Shown here piece after piece: positions 56,701 through 64,000 of a DNA stretch of 64,000 nucleotides; positions within the stretch are counted from its first letter, which is position 1; each line of letters opens with the position of its first letter. Origin of the DNA: Saccostrea cucullata (lineage: Eukaryota). Both the position numbers and the translations under genes were made by a program. The stretch is from NCBI RefSeq assembly GCF_032062105.1, contig NW_026940997.1, positions 1,054,001 to 1,118,000 on the forward strand, given 5' to 3'. A model generated the notes under the pieces. The model worked only from the letters and a program-made list of their open reading frames with translations. It did not search any database and was not told the origin of the DNA.

Positions 56701-59700
56701 AAGTTACACATGTTAAAGGATGTTGATATTTATGTGCAGATTTATACGTAATATCCTTATTATCCCCTTGCCATGGAGTTGAATGGGATATGATAACACA
56801 ATGTAGGGTGTGTGTCTGTGTGTGTCAGCATTGTACAAAATGGAAGTGACATCATTTTCATTCGGATCAATATGCTCTTTGTGAGGGGAAGTGCCACCTA
56901 GCAGTACTCTTGTTATCAAAGCTCTTGTAATGCTGCTTGGCTCTTATAAATTCTCAGATAAATTTTGTGTACTTGAACATCTTTTTTGTAGAATGCTTGT
57001 TTGGGAGAGCCCCATTTGCTTCAAGGACATTTAAAGAACTAGAAAATAAGATATGGGATTCTAAACCTGTTGAGGTTTGTTTCTACATTACATTTTAAAG
57101 AAGTTGTGACCCTTCTGATTGATTTGATCAATTGGTTTCTTTTTCATGTACAATTTATTGAGGTTTAAGAAAATGGAATTCCTTTAATTTTAAGGTTTAA
57201 AATATTTGTAGATTCCATATGGCGTTAACATATCTGACAGTTGCAGAGACTTGATTCTGAGATTACTGAAGAGAAATCCAGAAGAAAGGATAACATTTGA
57301 GGAATTTTTCTCACATCCATTTGTAGATCTAGAACACTGTGCTTCCAATGAGAGCTTATCAAAAGCAGTGAGTAGTGTGATGATGGTGTAAATTTCAATA
57401 CATGTACTCTGTAGTTTATGACAGAAAAGGTCCCCTGTAATTTATGACAGAAACTGTTCTTGATGGTTTAGATCACATATATGAAAGGACTTGCATTCCT
57501 CACCACACAGATATATTACATGTATATCTTTTAATGTTAACATCATGTTGTTACAGTACAGTAATGTCAGAGTAATGGCACTTAGATTTCATTGGAAAGT
57601 GAAACAAATTAAAACAAAGAAGTTCAGAAAATATATCATTAAAAATTCAACTGTTTTATAACCTGCAAATCCTAGATCATCACCCGAGGAAGTTATAATG
57701 ACAGGTTGATTTTAATACTTTGTGGCTATAGCTCTCCACCACATTTTAATTGTATAATCACCATTTCTACAGTGTAGATTCACTTTTATATTAATTGCAG
57801 GTTAATATTGTTGCTAATGCAGTGAAAAAAGATCAAAATGGAGAGTACAAAGAGGCCATAAAACTGTACTGTGATTCTTTAGAGTACTTTGTTCCTGCTA
57901 TTCGCTGTAAGTCTTGACTAACAATCATTATTATACTTCTGTTAAAATGTTTCCTATATAAAGTTAAGAAGGTAAAAAGCTATCTTTGATAGTCTACGCA
58001 TAGCAAAGCTATACCCCGGGGTATAGTTTTTGCTATCCACCCTCGGAAAATGTTCATGCAATTTTTGCCACCAATTATGATTTCCAGCGATAAATCTATT
58101 GACTGATGATGTCATTATGACGTCAGTAGCATTTTGACGTCATCATAATGTCAGATTATTCTTGTAGTATTATCTTACTCAAAAAAAAAAATTCAAACCT
58201 CAAAAATTGTATTATACATCAGTATAATAAAACATTTATCCAATGGTTGTGAGTGGGATAGCTCTTTCATCAAACCCTTGACAGGAACTTTTCCCCTCGG
58301 GGAATAGTTCCCTGTCGCGGGTTTGATAAAAGAGATATCCCACTCACAACCATTGGATAAGTGTATACTATACATGTAACTGAAAATAAAATTTGATTAT
58401 TTAGAATCCTTTAAAGGAGGTTAGACAAAGATCTGAATATTTTCTCAAATTTTATTTATAATATCATGACTTATATGCTCCTATATATTTAAATATATAG
58501 TAAAATATTTTTTTATTTGGAAATTATTGAAACTAAGAATTTCAGGACGTGTTTGATTGACGCATCCTTGCACTTTCACAAAGTAAATTTTATCCATAAT
58601 ACTTAAAAAAAGTAGAATCTCTGTTGTGTATTAATAAAAAATATTAAAACTATAATCCAGAAAATTCAGAGTAGAAATGTGAGTAAGCAAAACCAACTCA
58701 CCAGTATTTTCAGTCTGTGCTCAGTGATGTGTTCAGAGTTTAACAAATCAACACACCCAGTGAAACATTAATTTTTTATTTTTAAATTGGGCATGAAATC
58801 TGTTATTGCCAAGTCTGTATGTTTAAGCCCCTTTGATGATAGTGATAATTTCAAAAGAAATCTTTTAATCAGTTGAAAAAGATGAGAAAAAGAAGGAGGC
58901 CATACGAGTAAAAGTGAAGGATTACATGAATAGAGCGGAGGAACTGAAGAAACTGATGAAGCCAAAGAGACCCCCTCCTCCTTTTAATGGGGTCAAACGG
59001 TCCGTCTCAGAGGATCCCATGGAGGAACTCAGTAAGCATCTCAGTCTGATTTCTAAAAATAATGTGTCATAAAGGGAGGTAACTTTTGTAATGCCACTTC
59101 CGTTTCCCAACAAAAACGCCTGCTCTATTTGTAGTGGAACTGTGTAAAGATAATGAAGAATTAACAGCAGCCATAACACTGATAAAGGCAGCAGATACAG
59201 AGGTATGAGAGTCTTGATTTAATCAGAGGAAAGGTTTAATTTATTGTGCATACAAATCTGAAATTTCTTCATTTTGTGCTAGTTAAGTCTCTTACATTAA
59301 GATTTTTTTAAACGACTTCTTTTCTTTTTTTTTGCAGAATTCTCAAGAAAATTATGAACAAGCACTGAAACATTATGAATTAGCATTATCAACATTCATC
59401 CAATACTTAAAAGGTAGATTGAAAAATTCTAATGCTAGTATATAATGCATCTGATATATTTACTAATACATGTACTGTAAACCAACTTTTATTTGTGTGT
59501 GAGAAAATTTCGTGAAGTTGTGAGAGCCTTGTCATCGCGAATATTTCTTGCTGCAAATCGGTCTTTAAAGTCTCTATGTCTACTAAAAAACAGATCCAAA
59601 AAAGACTTGATTGCAAATATTAATTGCTACGAACTAGATTGCCTCTGGCTAATTGCAAAATAAAGCTGTCATGAATGAAAGTTGGTTTTAAAACAGCATA

Positions 59701-62596
59701 ATTACACTCAGATTACTCCTTTTGGGAACTGTCTTAACTTCTAGCAAGATACAGTCCAACATTATCATGAACATTTTACCTTAAATGGATGAAGTGCATG
59801 AATTTCTTAGCTGATGAATTATTTTGATGCTTGAATTTATCCTTCTGTAACTTAGGGGAAAACATAATTCAGGTTATCTAAGTCTCTAAGGTTATCACAG
59901 GTGCTGCATAAGTTACTTTTTGTTCATATATAGTTTAAATACCCAAGTACACTTTATTTTGAAATTGTCTTGCTGTGGTATTAGTCCTGTTTGGATAGCT
60001 TGATTTATCTAATTCCAATGATTGCATTTCAGAGGAGAAGCCTGGTCGTAGGAAAGACCTTATAGGTAAATTATCACATGGTTGGATGGATGAGGCAGAG
60101 AAAATCAAAACCTTTCTGTCTGTCCGTGAAATGAAAACCGAAGACACATCAGCCACAGAAGAGGAAAATGAAAAGAAGTTCTTTGACAATGGTAATTATA
60201 GATTTTACAAAATGTGATGTAATCTTAAGATAGGGCAAATCTGCAGCCCAACGCTAAAATTTAAGGGACTCCGATCCTCAGATAGGAAGGACAACTCTTT
60301 AATTTTTAATTTAATTCAAAAAGTCTCAAAACGAAGCTTGATAATTAAATCTTTTCATGCAATAATTTTCATTATATACATCTTAATGTGCGTCAAGGCT
60401 CTTGGAAGTTCTCAGAAAGGTCTCATTAAAAGTCGAAATTTTTACCCCATAAAAGCATTTTAAAATTACATATATCAAGAAATTGATGTTAATTTTAATC
60501 TAACCATAGATACCCATGTTTATTAATATATGATATGAAATTAGAAGTGATTTATGGTGCTTTGCAATGACCAGAGAATCTTTATACACTTTGCATTGTA
60601 AAATGATCGAAGAAAAATTATAAAAGAAATTAAAGTACATAATATGTTGAAAAATTGTGGAATTTCTACAAAAGCCTGGATACCTATGATTTTTATTTTT
60701 AAAATGTGTTAATTGATCAGATTTGAATTGGAAAATGCTAAGCAGGTGTTTTTATTCGCAATCCATGAAAATATATTTGAGATTTACCAATTTTCTCTAT
60801 ATAATATATGATAAACTTGAAAGATGAAGTTTGAAGAAATATTGTGGGTAAAACATGTTACTTTGAAAATTCAGAGACATTTTTGTGAGCATTTTCAATT
60901 ATTCAATGCTTGATTTTCAGAACCTGAGGATCGGAGTACCTTAAATGGCAGCAATAAATCATTACATGCAGTTTAAACCATTCATTAACAATGTGTAAAA
61001 TTTTTCAAATAAGTATGTAATTATATTACAAACCCTGTACATGTTTAATGTGAATTTAAATGCTTGATTTATTTATGGATTCATGTAACAAACTAGAGGT
61101 ATTGTGAGCAATGAGCTCACTAAATCATACCCCCCCCCCCCCCCAGCCTCCCACATGAATATGATGGCAGTGTCCATGTTTTGTTATGGGAAACCCAAAA
61201 TATGTGTCCGATCAAAAAGTAAAATAAGAGGTGAATAGTGGCAATATGTATTAAAAATTCTGTGAAAGTCTCATCAAATTTCATTCAATGGTATGAGAGG
61301 AGTAGCGGATAAGAGGTGTATGAGAGAACTTGTGGATAAGAGGTGGGTACCCCAAAGCGTAACAGACAGACGGACGGACAGATATACTGATTACTACAAC
61401 TGTATATACCCTCCGGCTTTTCAAGCTGGGGGTATAATAAAGGCTCGATCAAAATATTTGAAACAGTTCTTAAAAATAATAACTAGGCAAAACTCCTCTG
61501 CAGAGTTTGACCTGTTTCAATTCTTTTCAAATAATTGTCCTCTCCAGATACACTTGTGAGGATGCACCAGGTATGGGAAAAATCAAATTACATTGCAAAT
61601 AAGTACTTGTTATTATACCCCATGCAACAAGTTGCGGGAGGTATAATGTTTTTGACAGGTCCATCAGTCAGTGTGTCGGTACATGTATTTTTTGTTGGCG
61701 CAACTTCTAATAAACCGCTGCACAGAATTTCGTCAAACTTTTTAACTTTGCAGATATTTAGTACACAATTTGTAGATGTGCATATTACCAGGAAATTCCG
61801 ATTCCATTATTTTTCTGGGAATTTCGGCACTTTTCAACTTACATTTTTGGCCATACCTTGAATATAGAAATGAACAGATTGTCAGCACAACTTCTCAGTC
61901 ATAAACTGCTGCACAGAATTTTGTCAAACTTTGCAGATATTTATACAATGTGTAGATGTGTATATTACCAGGAAACTGATATTCCTTTTTTTCTCAGCAA
62001 TTTCAGCACTTCAAGTTTTGGGGGAGCTTGGGGTATAAGCTTGCTCACTTTTTCTTTCATTGACTTAAATCCAAGGAAATGTTTAAAGTAAGAGCTGAGA
62101 CTCTAGATTATTTTTGACATTACTTCTTTGTTTGTGGATTGGGAAAAACTGTACATCTGAATATAAGTGCATTTAAATGCTAGAGGTACTGTGAGCAATG
62201 AGCTCACTAAATGATACCCCCGCCTCCCATATGAATACAATGGCAGTATCCATGTTTTGCTATGGGAAACCCAAAATATGTGTCTGATCTAAAAGTAAAA
62301 TAGGAGGTGCACAATGGAATATGTAATAAAGATTCTGTGAGAGTTTCATCAATTTCATTCAGTGGTATGAGAGGAGTAGCAGATAAGAGATGGGTACCCC
62401 AAAGCATTACGGGGTTATGAAGCATTATTCAAAATAATCCCATGTTTCCCACTATCGTTGTTGCCTTGGCATACTATACTATCTAGACAGTAATTCCTTG
62501 AGAAACTGCTTTCTGAAAGCCACAATGAACTAATTTTTGTATTTCATGCATCATCTTTCTAGATTTGTTCTTTCAGAGAAGTGTGGCATACAGTAA
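50731..62596 (+). CDS. ULK3: Serine/threonine-protein kinase ULK3, 490 aa; exons 50731-50865, 51811-51951, 52382-52502, 53804-53908, 54325-54468, 56992-57074, 57212-57367, 57801-57906, 58873-59031, 59135-59202, 59338-59413, 60033-60191, 62577-62596
   Basis: 13 GT-AG exons join in frame (1473 nt). Motifs: [80 protein letters not shown], then two MIT-like helical domains ([27 protein letters not shown]; [18 protein letters not shown]) and C-terminal CGIQ. Confidence 0.93.
52514..53340. mobile_element. Tc1/mariner-type non-autonomous element (TA TSD) with nested MITE 52587-52779, in ULK3 intron 3
   Basis: TA|tgagggttaatccaaaagtaatg ... cattacttttggatcaacccttg|TA. Confidence 0.75.
58208..58372. 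repeat. ~160-bp imperfect palindrome (non-autonomous element) in ULK3 intron 8
   Basis: ttatccaatggttgtgagtgggata..atcaaaccc..gacagg / cctgtc..gggtttgat..tatcccactcacaaccattggataa. Confidence 0.8.
59472..59696. mobile_element. CpG-decayed copy of the 18358-18558 MITE in ULK3 intron 11
   Basis: tactgtaaaccaact left terminus; interior is colinear with the 18.4-kb copy. Confidence 0.8.
60265..60940. mobile_element. Kolobok-type non-autonomous element (TTAA TSD) in ULK3 intron 12
   Basis: TTAA|gggactccgatcctcag ... ctgaggatcggagtacc|TTAA. Confidence 0.8.
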
Positions 62597-63410
62597 CTGC
62601 ACTGATGGTAACATCAAGAGAGATTCTTTTTCATTCACTTCAGAAATGAAGAAACATTTTGTGAAGAAATTGAAAAAAAAATGGAGATTTAAAATAGAAC
62701 TTTGTTGTATTTTTTGCATTTTACATTCATATTTAATATTGAAAGGTTTTAATCCTGATTTGTTGACTCTGTCTATTTGGATTTACTCTTGTGTGTTATA
62801 ACTACATGTATATTCATATAGACTATTTGTCATACAAGTGCTTTTAAAAAGTTCTCATATTCCATTACTGATGATAAATTGTAAGTACGTAGACATTTTT
62901 ATCAGCGTTTTAAGTACAAGATTTGATGTGTAAATTTGTATAATTATGTGTATGGCTGTGTTACCTTTGTATATGTATGTATTTCAAAATAATAACATAA
63001 TTATTTGTTATTTATTAAATCTTGTTTTACATTTGTATGACATTTTTATTTATTATACATTAATTTAATCATGTGATATATCTTTTTAAAAGTGGTCTAG
63101 AACCAGACAAATTTATACCCGAAATAAGTGTCAGATAAAAAATTAAATAGGGGGTGCACAATGGCATTTATGTAATAAAGAGGTTTTGAAAGCATCATTA
63201 AATTTTATTCAGTGGTATAGGAGGAGTTGCATAAAAGAGATGGGTACCCATCAACATTAAAGAAAGAAAAATGTATCCATGTTTTGCTATGGGGAACCCA
63301 AAATATGTGTCGGATCAAAAAGTGTAGCAAAGATTCTATGAAAGTCTCATTAAATTTCATTCAGTGTTATAAGAGTAGTTGTGGATAAGAAATTACCCCA
63401 ACGGGTAACG
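61090..63410. mobile_element. Cluster of Helentron/HINE-like elements (61090-61440, 61610-62060, 62178-62420, 63110-63410); related 5' end at 54875-55200
   Basis: Repeated ctagaggta.tgtgagcaatgagctcac end, shared tccatgttttg.tatggg.aacccaaaatatgtgtc unit, (GACA/GACG)n and ttataccc..gg.tataa terminal hairpins. Confidence 0.6.
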
Positions 63411-64000
63411 GACAATTTACACTGTCAGGGACCGAGAATTACATGAGGCTAGGATGGAAAATAACGTTTGTTTTACATAGCTCGTACATAGGTACACTAG
63501 TAGCTTATATCTCTAGCAAAGAAGGAAAACCTAATGATGTTTTAGTCGCAGATTTGCTTAATGCAGCCTATGATAAATACATGTATTGAAAAAAATATAA
63601 TTATACATCTATCAGGTATTATATGGAAATTGATTAAATTTTGGGACATTAAAGAATGTGAATTCATCAAATGACACAGTGCAACCCAACCTGAAGAAAG
63701 ATCGACGGTCTCGTCAGATCGTTAAAATTGACAACTTGCCAGGTATTTAATTTGCATTTCCGAAAAATTTCCTATATCTATAAATAGAACTGAAATTTTA
63801 TTACACATTAGAAATTAAATTTTTGTGAAAAAGGTATGTTACAATTAATTATTTCTTTGGTGCATATTTTTTTAAAAATATTAATGCAAGTACAATTTTT
63901 CATCATCATATAACAGCATACAAAGAGCCGAATAATTAGACCTTTTAGTTTTATAACAAAAACGAAAGTACATTGCGTTTCACTCAAGTAGCCCGATCAA

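Noticed and set aside
62565-62801. 78-aa ORF downstream of ULK3
   Set aside because: It overlaps the true last exon in another frame and runs into AT-rich 3' UTR.

Overview
AT-rich, intron-containing animal genomic DNA, most likely a bivalve mollusc (an oyster is inferred from the repeat families and gene content, not proven). There is one 139-N assembly gap at 26262-26400. The window has two compartments. (1) About 1-40.5 kb is a transposon-dense zone. It holds a single-exon B-box + NHL-repeat gene (minus) and a tandem cluster of three secreted double-Kunitz proteins with N/G/M/P/S-rich low-complexity arms (plus; each has TATA, a short non-coding exon, a signal-peptide exon and a Kunitz exon). 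The third paralog has a TAG created exactly at its splice junction. This zone also carries about 20 decayed Penelope-like (Naiad-like) RT/3'-tail fragments, Deu/Nin-type SINEs, an RTE 3' end, Kolobok-, MULE- and Helentron-type non-autonomous elements and long palindromes. (2) About 42.6-62.6 kb holds two conserved genes head-to-head: a ZNF474-like multi-C2HC zinc-finger gene (minus) and a complete 13-exon ULK3 (plus, 490 aa, kinase + 2 MIT + CaaX). The most notable observations are the non-canonical Kunitz/low-complexity cluster (candidate shell-matrix or adhesive module), the junction-generated stop in paralog C, hidden micro/poison exons in the zinc-finger gene, and a same-family MITE pair that appears to record germline gene-body methylation. 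All gene models were assembled by eye from GT-AG signals and reading phase; no database search was possible.
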